A stretch of DNA of 64,000 bases from Macrostomum hystrix (taxonomy: Eukaryota > Animalia > Platyhelminthes): positions 1,984,001-2,048,000 of the forward strand of contig CATNEN010000010.1 in NCBI GenBank assembly GCA_950097015.1, given 5' to 3'. Position 1 is the stretch's first letter; each line of letters begins with the position of its first letter. Shown piece after piece: positions 12,831 through 24,638 of the stretch. Position numbers and translations under genes: made by a program. The notes beneath the pieces were generated by a model. The model worked only from the letters and a program-made list of their open reading frames with translations, was not told the origin of the DNA and searched no databases.

Positions 12831-13758
12831 GTTTGTCCAGTGAGGCAATGAGAAGCAGAGTCTAGCCGTGGCTGACTCAGAGACAAAGACTCGGTGAGGC
12901 TGAAGAACTGGACTGCCTGGCGATACTCAAGCGGGGGTAAGAGAGTTTAGTTGACAAGGCGCATCTCAGAGGCCGAACAACAAGCAAATAGGGAAAGCAT
13001 TTTAAAATTGACGAGAACCCGCAGCCAGCTCTGAGATTTGCTCTCACTCACAATAGGGGGGTCCGGCCTAGCAAGGAACCGCATGCGAGCTGCCTCAGTG
13101 AGTTGCTGAGGAGGGAAGCCCAAATTCCTCCGCCCTCCACTTCTTTTACCTGTCCGATACTCCTGTTTTTATTCCCATACCTGTCTCCTCCCTCTCTAAA
13201 ATCCTCAGCTGACAGGGAAAGAGGAGAAAAATCTAAAAATGAAGTGCGGGCAGAACTGCATCGACTGCAGCTCGCTGACCTCCCCAATTCAACCACGGAG
13301 CCCGCCCCAGATTGCACCGGCACTTGTTGCCGCCCTGCTCCCGTCTCCATCTCCCTCTTGTCCTCCCAGTTTGCCTCATCCTCTCTCCCTCCTCATCCTC
13401 TCTCTTCCTCTCTCCCTCCTCATCCTCTCTCTTCCTCTCTCCCTCCTCATCCTCTATCTTCCTTTCTCCCTCCTCATCCTCTCTACTTCCTCATCCTTTC
13501 TCCCTCCTCATCCTCTCTCCCCTTCATCTTCTCTCCCCACTCATCCTCTCTCCCTCCTCCTCATCTCTCCCCACAGCTGTGCTGTGAATAGCCTGTAACC
13601 TGCAAGCTGCGTCTGCTGAAACTGAAGCTTTGAGACACGCCGACAGACAGTCTGATTGACATACAGGCAGACTGACGGGCAGACTGACAGGCGGTCAGGC
13701 AGACAGGCAGACAGACTGACAGACACTGTTTATCCCACTCCAGGTGGCCATCAAAGCA

Positions 13759-16700
13759 ATGGGCAACGACTACTCTCGAATCCAGCGGCGCGCCTTCCCA
13801 TCCTCCTGCTTTGTGGTGGCCTTCCGCCAGCCGGACCACCTGCTGGTGCTGAACGCGGAGCCGGCGCTGCTGCAGCAGCTGCGCCAGACGGTGACGGCCA
13901 ACTGGCGCGGCGGCATTCGCTCCGAGAAGAAGTACCCGTTGGGTGTGGAGCTGCGACTCGACCGGGAGCCGTTCGACTCGGAGATTCACCCGCCGGACCG
14001 GCTGGTGCCCGTGTACAGACTTGTCACGGCCATGCTGAAGCTCCTGCTGGACCGCGGCTGCAGCCTCATTGCCAGCAGTGCCGTCGTGCGCGGAGTCGAG
14101 CGGAGCGCCTGGCTACTGCGCAAGGCCAGCGACCTCTGCCCGGCCAGGGAGGTGGACCTGCTCACAGTGGCCATGGAGGACTGGGGCAAGCTGCTGCTCA
14201 TCAACTCGCCTGCGGCTATCAGCTTGGCCCTGCTTGCCAAGGTACAACAATGCTCAACCCGACGAGGGACATGTTCGGTTTAGAGTAGGCTAGCAATGTA
14301 GCTCTCTTAGACTCAATGTTATTCCTTTGTTATTTCCCTATGTTACGACAAATGTCTTGCATTGGCAAAATGCAGTTGAGCGTACGAGGTCGTGAGTTCG
14401 CATCAAAAACGAAATTCAATAAAGTATATTAACGATGAGAGAAAATCAAGGCAAGACAACCTATTAGACTGCTTCATCTGCGCCTGCTTCTTCAGTTCTG
14501 TTCTCTTCCGGTGCGAATCGAAATACCGCGAGGGCCACTATAAGCAAAATATGAAGCCTCTGTGCACTTTTAGAATAAAAAAACACCGCGTGTGGTTCAC
14601 AAAACGCCACCCGCAGCTCAAGGAGGTGTGGCCAAAGGGGGTCGAGGTGGTTGCCGAGGAGCCGACGCACTTCGCCATGGAGCTGGGCGAGCAGCCGTGG
14701 GACAGTTACAAGGCCACCTCGCAGCGCAGCCCTATGATTGTTCTGGAGGTGGCCCGCCTTCTGCTCCAGACCCAAGGCTACAGCTTCCTGGCTGCCACGC
14801 ACGCCCGCGGCAGCATGGACTGCCTGACCTTCGTGAAGTCGACCTTCCCGACAACGGACAGTCACGAGGAGGAAACGTCTAGCGGAGCCGACGACTTGTT
14901 CGTCCTCAGCCTAAACCAGCGCGACCAGCTTCGGCTTTACGCGGCGCCAACTGACGTGCGCGAGTGCGTCGAGAAGTTCGCCGCTTCCCGCTGGGAGAAC
15001 GGCGTTCTGCGCTGCGAGGCCTCGCCCGGAGACGCACTGTACACGGTGCAGCTGAAATCCTCGCCCTGGTTCGTGGCCGACTGGGACAAGGACGCCGCGT
15101 TCTGCGCCAGAGAGTTCATGCAGGAGCTGATCCGGGAGCTCAGGAGCAAAGGCTGGCAGATTGCTGCCAAGGTGAGTGGCTCGTGAAAGCTCTCCAGCTT
15201 CAACTGGGGCAGGTCGATGGGTCTGTTATACTTGTATGAGCTTTGGTGGGTGTTACTAAAACCTTTCTTTTACCAAAACTCGTTGGTTTACACGAATATG
15301 TACGTGTACCAGCATTCGGGTGGCCAGAATCCCCTCTTACATAATCGGTAGATATACCATACTCGGTAGATGTACCAAAATCCGTAGCTTTTCCAATGCT
15401 GTAACGCGCTGGAGTAGCATGAAAACTAGAAGCTGTAATAGAATCTAAAGAATCGAGTGCAAAATTTCCTGAACGTCCAATCATGAACAAGAGACCCGAT
15501 TCTCCTCAGCATTCATTTCGATCCGTTTAAAGCTGCTTTGTCAATAGAGCAAAAAATTTACAACAAATATTTCTTAGTCCGTTGATTTCTCTGGTTTTAC
15601 TTCTGCCCCATCTGGCCGAGGGAGAGAGCTTAGCAACAGCAAACACATTTCTGCCCCTTAATCCGTCACGATGCTTGTGGCAGGTTTATGGACTTTGAAA
15701 TGAGACTCAAGCAACTGTGGCTTGGACGCAATCATTCATAGAAACGGCTGAAAAGGAAGTACTTCTACTTTTGTGAGGCTATAAATAGCCGAGCTGTAAT
15801 TTGACTCGAGTTGAATTAGCTTTTCTCCATCGAATTCAAATAATTGATGCAGTTTTTTGTCAGAGTCAAAAGAAAAAGCCAGCACTGGCGAACCTCAGAA
15901 TGAACCGGTGATTCTTGGAATAGCGTCATCGATTTGTACTTTTAGCAAAATCTGTGCGAATCCAGACTGAAAAGCTGAAAATGATTGCCATCAAGACAGT
16001 TTAGTCCGCAGACTTGTGCCTGATTTATCGCAGCAACTAGTACACAGCCACCGCCGTATGTTGCACTCGGGCATACCATGCTTCTCAGTGCACCAAAGTA
16101 GCACTGCTCATTTCTACTCCAACGGCTAGCATTACATTTCCCACTCAGGGCCCACTCCCAACCCGAACCCTCGGGGGAGTACGCCCATCTCCCGCCCCTA
16201 ATTGGATTGCCGGCTCTGCCGGATTCGCTGACCGAAATATTTGCTGGCGACCAGAGCAATGCTGGGTCTTCGCGGCCTCTCGAAAGCCCCGAGCTGAGGC
16301 TAATAGGCCTGTCGCAGCTGGGCTGCCGGCTTTAAGGGGACAATTACGGGGGGGACGGAGGCTGCTCCCAAGCCTGCCGTCTGTTTCTAATCAGAGTACT
16401 TTTAGCAGCTGAGCCCAAAACATTGACTATTTGGTTGGTGCTAATCCTTGCCAAATCTCAGGCTTTATTGGGATGAATTTACACAAAACAACATTTTATT
16501 TCAGGTGTGGTTCACTTACTACTCGACCGTTAAAAGTTTCCTCCAGACGACCGCCATTTTTTTAATTCTCTAGATTTTCTAATCTCTCGTTGTATCACAC
16601 CTTGTATCGCACAGCAGCAAATTATACTGATTGAAAAAGCTTGAGTCGCAACAGAACACCTGCAGATTAGCACAGGTGTTAACGCTAGTTTTTGTCCAAA

Positions 16701-17779
16701 CCTTACAAATCCATGAACTAGGTCATGCTGCTGAAATGGCTAAAACTGACCTTCCACATAAATTACACATATTTTTGTGTCGCTACATAAAAACAGCTTA
16801 GGGGTTGAGCAGGGAGTTGCTCAGCGCTTTCTCGAAGATTGAGTAAAAGTTCTTGAGAGATGCCTGCTTAAACTGCCCAGATAATCTAACATTTTCAACC
16901 GCTCAGGCGGACATCTACCGCAGCGCCTACGCCTGCTTAAACTGCCCAGATAATCTAACATTTTCAACCGCTCAGGCGGACATCTACCACAGCGCCTACG
17001 CCTGCTTAAACTGCCCAGATAATCTAACATTTTCAACCGCTCAGGCGGACATCTACCGCAGCGCCTACGACAAGAGTCTCTTGGTGCTGCGGCGCCAACG
17101 CAACATGGAGGCCCTGCCGCATCTCAGCGTCACCACGCATGATGTCAACAGACTGTGCGTTCTCGGCGCCACTGACTCGCTCAAGGCCGAGCTGCTCAGC
17201 GATGTCAAAGACGCCTGGTCGCGCGGACACCGCTGTGAGGCCTTCGAGTCGGCCAGCGGCTGGACGGTGGAGTTCTCCTTCGATCGCAAGCCCTGGCAGT
17301 GGGACCCGGAATCTCCCCTGACCAACCTGGAAGGCTTCGGCCTGGTCGCCACCCTGATTGACGTCCTGCAGCAGCGCGGATGGCGAGTGGAGGCCAGCCT
17401 GGACATCTGCAGCAGTAGTAAGTTCTCGCCCACCACAATCGTCCTGGTCCTGGATGTGCCACAGGTGAGGCCACTGCTGGTAACTCAGAGCTGAGCAATG
17501 TGAAACTGAAGCTCCTTGGGCAGCTAGAAAGTCTGCTAGCCTTGTGTGATTTGTAATATAACACTGATTTTATTAAGCTTTTCTATAGACAATTAAATTT
17601 ATGAAAAATCTCTTGTAAGATTTCAAATTGCACGAGACACTTTTGAATAGTTAATGTTTGTGAGGTATTTATTCTATGCCTTTTAACTCAATTTTGTGTA
17701 CAATAATTCAGCTTAAGTCCAGGTCTACCTGCGAGAAGGCTCTCTGTCACCGCCATTCCTGAGGCCCAGGTCCATCTGA
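13759..17779 (+). CDS. Uncharacterised ~504 aa protein with four ~115 aa internal repeats and an MGxxxS N-terminus
   Basis: Exons 13759-14241, 14617-15171, 17045-17464 (alternative acceptors 16907 and 16976) and 17723-17779 (last exon less certain), all phase 0 with GT-AG. The shared motif (hydrophobic strand-D/N-x-L ... W-x-x-G ... P-W/F ... L-x-x-x-G-W/Y/C) recurs four times. Confidence 0.82.
16862..17069 (+). repeat. 69 bp unit x3 spanning branch point, 3' splice site and exon start
   Basis: gcctgcttaaactgcccagataatctaacattttcaaccgctcag|gcggacatctacc(g/a)cagcgcctac repeated three times. Confidence 0.97.
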
Positions 17780-18460
17780 AACTCATTGTATATGCAAGTT
17801 TGACAATATTGCACTGCCAAGCGGCACGCACATGTTATACAACATCTGAATATATATTTTTGTTGTCCACGCAGCCACAGTGACAAAGACTGCTTCTCCA
17901 CCTCAGACCGAGCGCATATTCTTTCCTTTTCTCTCTCCATATTTTCTATGCAGCTCCGTTTTCGCTTGCTTTAACTGGTTCGGTTCTAATTGCTGGTACT
18001 TCAAACAGCACGGACATTTTGGCGCATCCTCTCCCATGAACCTGGCTATTTCTGGCACCAGTCTGCAGGCTAACTGCAAGCTAATGTGCACATAAACTCC
18101 AAATACAAATGGACACTTAAACAACTTTCAGTGTTACAAATCGATAATATTGCTTTGTCTTTTTTCTGTCTTTTTTCTGAGAGCGCCTTTTTAAACGAGA
18201 GTCAGAACCTGTTCGAGAAACGGTTAGGAAAAAACATAACGGTGAGAGGGAAAATTTATATTTTTTGTTTCTGGAACACAAAATATTTGAAAGATATCAA
18301 GAAAAATCGTACACAAATTTACGTCGTAGATTGCCGGTGAGCAGCTGCTCAAGATCTTGAGTAGTTTCAAACTTTACTATAATCAAGAAATCTTTTCACA
18401 CATCAATCAAACGTCCCAATAGACTAAAAAACTCAATCGAACGTTGGTCAAAGTTTTTTA

Positions 18461-19786
18461 TCAGTCGCTAAAATCAATTAGTGATGTATCCTGCGTAGCT
18501 GGCTGCTGGTTGATCGATAATCTGACACCTGCTGATGCTGATGCTGGCGGGGAAGCGCTAGGGGCTACTGACTCGCCAGCCGAGAAGCTGATGCCCCGAT
18601 CGTCGAAAACGATACGCGGCAGTGGCGGATCACTGCCACCGCTGAAGTCATCTTCGTCGAAGTAGCCTGCGCAGCGAAGTCTGTGGAAACGAGCCTCCCT
18701 CCGATGCCGCTTGATGAGGAGGAAAACCACACCAACTATTACCGCGCAGACCAGCAGTAATGCCAGTACAACAGCAGCTAACTGGCTCGGCGTCAAGACG
18801 CCACCGCCACCACCGCCGTCAATACCCGGCGTCGTGTCAGGTCTGGTCTCCTGAGTTGTAGAGAGCGTCGATTGAATCACAGTGCTATCTGTCAGCTCTT
18901 TAGTTGTCGTTTCCGTCGTGTCAAGTGCTGTAGTGTCTGTTGTTTCAAGTGCTGCAGTTTCCATCGTGTCAAGTACTGTAGTGTCTGTTGTGTCAATTGC
19001 TGTAGTGTCTGTTATTTCAAGTGCTGCAGTTTCTGTTTCATCAAGTTCTACAGTTTCCGTTGTGCCAAGTGTTGTAGTCTTGGTTTTGCCAAGCGTCGTA
19101 GTCTTGGTTTTGCCTAGCGTCGTAGTCTTGGTTTTGCCAAGCGTCGTAGTCTTGGTTTTGCCAAGCGTCGTACTCTTGGTTTTGCCAAGCGTCGTAGTCT
19201 TGGTTTTGCCAGGCGTCGTAGTCTTGGTTTTGCCTAGCGTCGTACTCTTGGTTATGCCAAGCGTCGTACTCTTGGTTTTGCCAAGCGTCGTACTCTTGGT
19301 TTTGCCAAGCGTCGTACTCTTGGTTTTGCCAAGCGTCGTACTCTTGGTTTTGCCAAGCGTCGTAGTCTTGGTTTTGCCAGGCGTCGTAGTCTTCGTTGAA
19401 CCAAGTGTCGTGATAGCAGGCGCCGGTGTTGAAGGCTTCATTGTAATAGGTTTCGTTGTAGTCGGTTCCAGTGTAGTTGGCGCCGCTGTAGTAGTAGTTT
19501 TCGCTTTAGTAGTAGCTGTAATTTTGTAGTAGAGTTTTTATGCAAACTTTCTACTTTTTTTAATTAACAAGAGACTCGAAAATTACTTTTTTTACACTGT
19601 CCTCGATTTACTAAGAAAAAATGAGGCCTCACCTGCATCGATATTGCTACGTCGGCCCTCCGTCTTGCCTCCTCCATCGGACTGCAGGGCCGCCGCAAGG
19701 ACCCGAGAGTCGACAGAAATTGCTTGCCCGATGCATCCTGCTGCAAACAGCAGACAAAATGTGACAGCGATTCGCTTTTTTGGCAT
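18461..19786 (-). CDS. Type I transmembrane mucin-like protein (~402 aa)
   Basis: Exon 1 (19786-19633) encodes the signal-peptide-like MPKKRIAVTFCLLFAAGCIGQA and ends at a phase-1 donor. Exon 2 (19515-18461) encodes Thr-rich 8-aa repeats, a TM segment LAAVVLALLLVCAVIVGVVFLLI, a basic stop-transfer KRHRR, and a cytoplasmic tail. Confidence 0.88.
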
Positions 19787-20734
19787 TCCTTGTTGCTTTG
19801 TGGTGCCTAATCTTTCTAGGTCAATCTTTTTAGCAATTCTTAGTCAATCAGACAAACTATTTATGCAGTACATGCAGTCTCAGTTCGAGTCAGGAGGTCT
19901 TTAAGCATTAGAAAGCACTGGTACAAGCTTCAGTTCATGCATTTTACTGAATCCATGTCTCACATGTCCCTGTGTGGATAGCAATCAAGCATTGTCCAGA
20001 TAAGATATGCTCGTGTAATGCAACAGTTATGAGGGTGCAAAGTCGGAGTTTCGCTCATTTCAGGCCGATATGTACACGTCGCACAGCGCCGAATGGAGTG
20101 AATCGAATTTAGTCACAATATATTTTAATTTATTTACTGTAATGTAAATTTAGCTGCACAATATATATCAGCTACACATAATACCCGTGTATAAAGGTCT
20201 ACGGGGCAACATGTGTCCGTTTTCGCGTGCTATGCACGTTGCATATGCTGATCTCAATCTTCCTTTCGGTACCAAGCCTCCACATGCGTTAAATTTGTAG
20301 GTATATGCGCTCTTAATTTGTATGAAGCGTTTCATATTCAAATTCATACAAATACAAATTAAAATCGCTTCTTCCATTCCTCAATAGTGTACATTTTCAT
20401 AGAATCGAAAGGCTCAATTGAGCCGTACCAACATTTAAGATCCTACCTGACCACAATTTAGCACTTTTTAGCACTGGATTTACACTTTTTAACGAGATTT
20501 CACTTCTTTGACTTACTAGCTACTACTTACAGGCTACAAAATATTATATACTTTAGTACATGGATGTGAATTAGGTAGTGTGCATCTAGACGCATCTACT
20601 TCAAAGGATGTACGTACGCATATACATATTTAAGCATGTCAGTAGTTAATAACAATTAATTCTTTATTTCACCTACCCCAATTAAGCCAGATATGCAGCC
20701 AAAAGCACAGCAGCAGCTATAGCTATTGCGCAGT

Positions 20735-20958
20735 AAGGCTGCGTAACGCGGCTACTGTTCAGTCCATGGACTGGGGGGACGCCATACCCACCATCAACAT
20801 ACCCCAGCTGGTGCTGGTACCCATTTAACAGCTTTGTGAAACGAAGCAATGCATAGTTAAGTGCCTTGCTAAAGGAAACAAATTGTTCCAGCCAGTGAAA
20901 TCGGGTTCGAACCGGCCGGCCTTTAAGTCGTGTGTCCGATGCTCCAACCACTATAGTC
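20735..20958 (-). mobile_element. tRNA-derived SINE, copy 2
   Basis: A-box-like tagtggttggagc, B-box ggttcgaacccg, core tttcctttagcaaggcacttaac, and 3' ccagtccatggactgaacag shared with copy 3. Confidence 0.78.
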
Positions 20959-21453
20959 TAAAACCTCCACTGTAGTAAAAAAATATGGTTAAGTAAAAAA
21001 TAGGGTATTTTATTAATTTTTTTGGTAATAGATAGATTTTTAACCGAACTGATGCCTCAACCTGAGTGTTTAAGGTGAAGCAAAATATAAGAAAAGCAAA
21101 ATAACCAGGTAAGAATATTTAAGATAACAGTTCAGACGTGCAAAAAATAATAAACATATGTTTCAAGATTTCTTAACTGAATAGTTCCTGCTTTTATTTC
21201 ATGTGGTTTAACTTAGTTTTACGACGATTAAATTTACTAAGCCGGTCCTAATTCGCACGAATTTAGTATTAATAATTTTTGTAAATTATGACGTCATATA
21301 CAAAACTTAGGGCACTGATTTATACATTTTTACACGTTTTTTGTGTACTCCACTAAAAGTATATTTTTTGCTGCCGAGTAGAATTTAACTGCGGTAGCAA
21401 AACTCAACTGATATTTGTCTCGATCTTCTACGAAATTGCACCATCGCTCCAGA

Positions 21454-21645
21454 ATGAGTCTGATTGAGAACGTCCAATTCCGTGTTTTCGTGTTTCTTCT
21501 GTCCATTGCATTCTGTTTTGGAGAAGCGCATGCTTTCAATGCTGGCGATACAATTGCTTTGATTCTCGGTCTTGCAATCGGAATTTTAGGAATTTGTGCT
21601 TGTATTGGTGTTTATGCTCGCAGAAAGGCAGGGAATTCTGGGTGA
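21454..21645 (+). CDS. SMIM30: Small integral membrane protein 30 orthologue (63 aa micropeptide)
   Basis: AGDTIALILGLAIGILGICACIGVYARRKAG matches human SMIM30 as I recall it (AGDAIALLLGVVLSITGICACLGVYARKRNG), preceded by a signal-like segment. Acceptor AG at 21451-21452 lies just before the ATG; a 5'UTR donor is at 21109. Confidence 0.9.
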   Translation: MSLIENVQFRVFVFLLSIAFCFGEAHAFNAGDTIALILGLAIGILGICACIGVYARRKAGNSG

Positions 21646-21904
21646 TTAAAAAGTAAGTTTAGTTCTTATTGTTGTCATAGATACTCTGTGCATTTTTAGT
21701 TATACATTAAATGTATATTTTCTCTTTTTTTGTTAGATTTTCTTTAGTATAGTAATAGAATTTATTGTGCTCTTGATCATATTTTGGCGAATTGCAATGT
21801 TGCGGAATTAGGTAATTAACTTATGTTTCTCTTTTTTGCTCAATGGAGTAGGCTAGCACACAAAAGGCAAATGTGCAACTGGTATACACTTTTTCTATTG
21901 AAAT

Positions 21905-22635
21905 TGTTTTTTTCACACTTTCTTCACTCAAGAAGCTAATTTTAGCATGTTTAGACATCCCCAAGCAATATAAATAGTAAAATCAACAACTCAGCATTTT
22001 TCTGTCTGCTAGCAATTCCTAACAATTTTAAGTTTTTAGAGTTTTTTATGGTATTTGATTATTCGTCCGGTTAACCGGTTAACCACCCAAGGACTTAATT
22101 TCTCCCCTTTCAACAAGCAGGAGCAACGGTCCTCCCAAAGACCACTGTTGCCCTGCTGAGAGCCATCTTGAGTCTTGACCTCACAAAGACCAAACTATAC
22201 CCTTGAACTAAGTTAGTCCCTGAAACAACCAAATTTCTGGAAAAGTTTTAAATTTTTTTTATTAAAAAATTGTCAGTTAACTGGACAAATAACAACTGCC
22301 GTTTTTTATTTTGATTTCAAATTAGTGTGAAAACATAGGAGTCATGTTGTCTGATATGGAACTAATGCTTGCAACTGTCTATGGCCCAAAGGAATGAGTT
22401 TAGGTGTTAGAGGGAGGGGAAGTATGAGCACTCAGACTTATGTTCTTGCTGCTAGGTTCTTGCTAAGACCATTTATCATTAAGTCTATCTATCTTATCTA
22501 AACTTTGCATTGTTAGGAATTGCTGGAGACAGAAAAAAAACAGAAAAAAAGTTGCTAATTTTTCTAGTTTAAATTGCTCCAGGGATGTCTAAACATGATT
22601 AAAATTAGCTTCCAAGGTATGCAAAGTGAGAAAAA
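21905..22635. mobile_element. MITE-like element with ~120 bp imperfect inverted arms
   Basis: Left arm aagctaattttagcatgtttagacatccc...tgctagcaattcctaacaat (21905-22025) is the reverse complement of the right arm attgttaggaattgct...gggatgtctaaacatgattaaaattagctt (22510-22635). Confidence 0.75.
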
Positions 22636-23029
22636 CTTAGAAAAATAGTTTAACTAACAATTCGAGACCAAGGCAGAAAATGCTATATTCTAAACTTTAA
22701 ATATTCAAATTCTACTTTTTAAACATGTAAATTGTATTTCCTCTTTTATTTCATTTCAGATCTGGTTGCCTTTCCTCTCTACAATGTGTAATTCTTCACT
22801 GATGACTAGCTATCTTAGGGTAGCAAGTTTACAGTAACAGTGTCTTACTATTAACACATTTTCTAGCTTAATGATTTTTGTTAATTGGTGCTAATCTTGC
22901 AAAAAATTTATTGTTTTACTCGAGCATGCACTGATCAATTATACACAAATTTCGAAATGTTTTCAGAACTGCATTCTTTGTTGGTTTTCTTCTTCGTTTT
23001 GCAATGACAGTGACTCACTAAAGTCTGAG

Positions 23030-23740
23030 GGAGTGCCTGAATAGAGACCGAGGGAGTGCCTGAATAGAGGCCGAGGGAGTGCCTGAATGAGGGCTGAGAG
23101 AGTGCCTGAATAGAGACCGAGGGAGTGCCTGAATGAGGGCTGAGGGAGTGCCTGAATGAGGGCTGAGGGAGTGCCTGAATGAGGGCTGAGGGAGTGCCTG
23201 TATGAGGGCTGAGGGAGTGCCTGAATGAGGGCTGAGGAGTGCCTGAATGAGGGCTGAGGGAGTGCCTGAATGAGGGCTGAGGGAGTGCCTGTATGAGGGC
23301 TGAGGAGTGCCTGAATGAGGGCTGAGGAGTGCCTGAATGAGGGCTGAGGGAGTGCCTGAATGAGGGCTGAGGAGTGCCTGAATGAGGGCTGAGGGAGTGC
23401 CTGAATGAGGGCTGAGGAGTGCCTGAATGAGGGCTGAGGAGTGCCTGTATGAGGGCTGAGGAGTGCCTGAATGAGGGCTGAGGAGTGCCTGAATGAGGGC
23501 TGAGGGAGTGCCTGTATGAGGGCTGAGGAGTGTCTGAATGAGGGCTGAGGGATTGCCTGAATGAGGGCTGAGGGAGTGCCTGAATGAGGGCTGAGGGATT
23601 GCCTGAATGAGGGCTGAGGGATTGCCTGAATGAGGGCTGAGGGATTGCCTGAATGAGGGCTGAGGGAGTGCCTGAATGAGGGCTGAGGGATTGCCTGAAT
23701 GAGGGCTGAGGGAGTGCCTGAATGAGGGCTGAGGGATTGA
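23030..23740. repeat. 22-23 bp minisatellite (gcctgaatgagggctgag(g)gagt)
   Basis: About 31 copies. Confidence 0.97.
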
Positions 23741-24638
23741 CTAATGTGATGAAAATGGCTTAAATTCTGTGTTTTCACCATGTGGCACTGAAGTATATAC
23801 ATTTGTTCAGTATTTTTTTGTTTTTTTCCGACTGCGCTCCTTCCTCGTGTGATGCTAGATTTTCCCAGTGCTGCCTATTATTTTCCCATTTTAAAAGAAT
23901 CCAAATTTTGAAATACATAATATACGGTCTATTCTGCTAATGGTGCTAATTGATCTAATGAAATCGTGGTATTTTCAGTCGGCTAGTTTTTCATTTTTCC
24001 ATATGCTTACTTTTTTATTAAGCGTAAAAACACATAAAAATATTCTTGATATTAACGAAAGTTCTAAAATGCTATGCTTGCTACTGACAGTAGAGTATGA
24101 AAGTAAATGAAACCGAAAATTCAGCGTTATTCTTGGCTATGACAAAGGTAGTTTTAATTAAGCAATAAAACATTATCGTTGGGCGATGATGCAGTTATTG
24201 AATGACCACCAGTTTAGTAGTCCTTGGCCGTTCGCTTGGTTGTCAAAGTTTGTATCGGGAGCAAAGAATACAGATTTCTGTATCTCATAATCTGCACTTC
24301 GATAGCACACCGCATAATTTCGCTTATTTTTCATGTACACTTTCAATTAAATATTACTAAATTATTACTTTTGATGCTGGCTCCGGGCAACTAGTCGGCT
24401 CTAATAGTACACGCAGTGCATCATGTAGTGTGCATCATAACTATGCAGTCTCTTATCTGCTCCTTGGCGTTGAAGCGAAAACAAAATAGAAAATTTTCGA
24501 TTTCGCAACCTAGTCGCCTCCAGCTTTGGGCCTGACGTAATTGTTATTTTAGGGGCAAATAATGTGTGTGCCATTTTTCTTTCTCTTGTCGAGGTAGATG
24601 CGGCTCACTGTTCTAAAAACGGCCCTGTTTTTTTGCTT

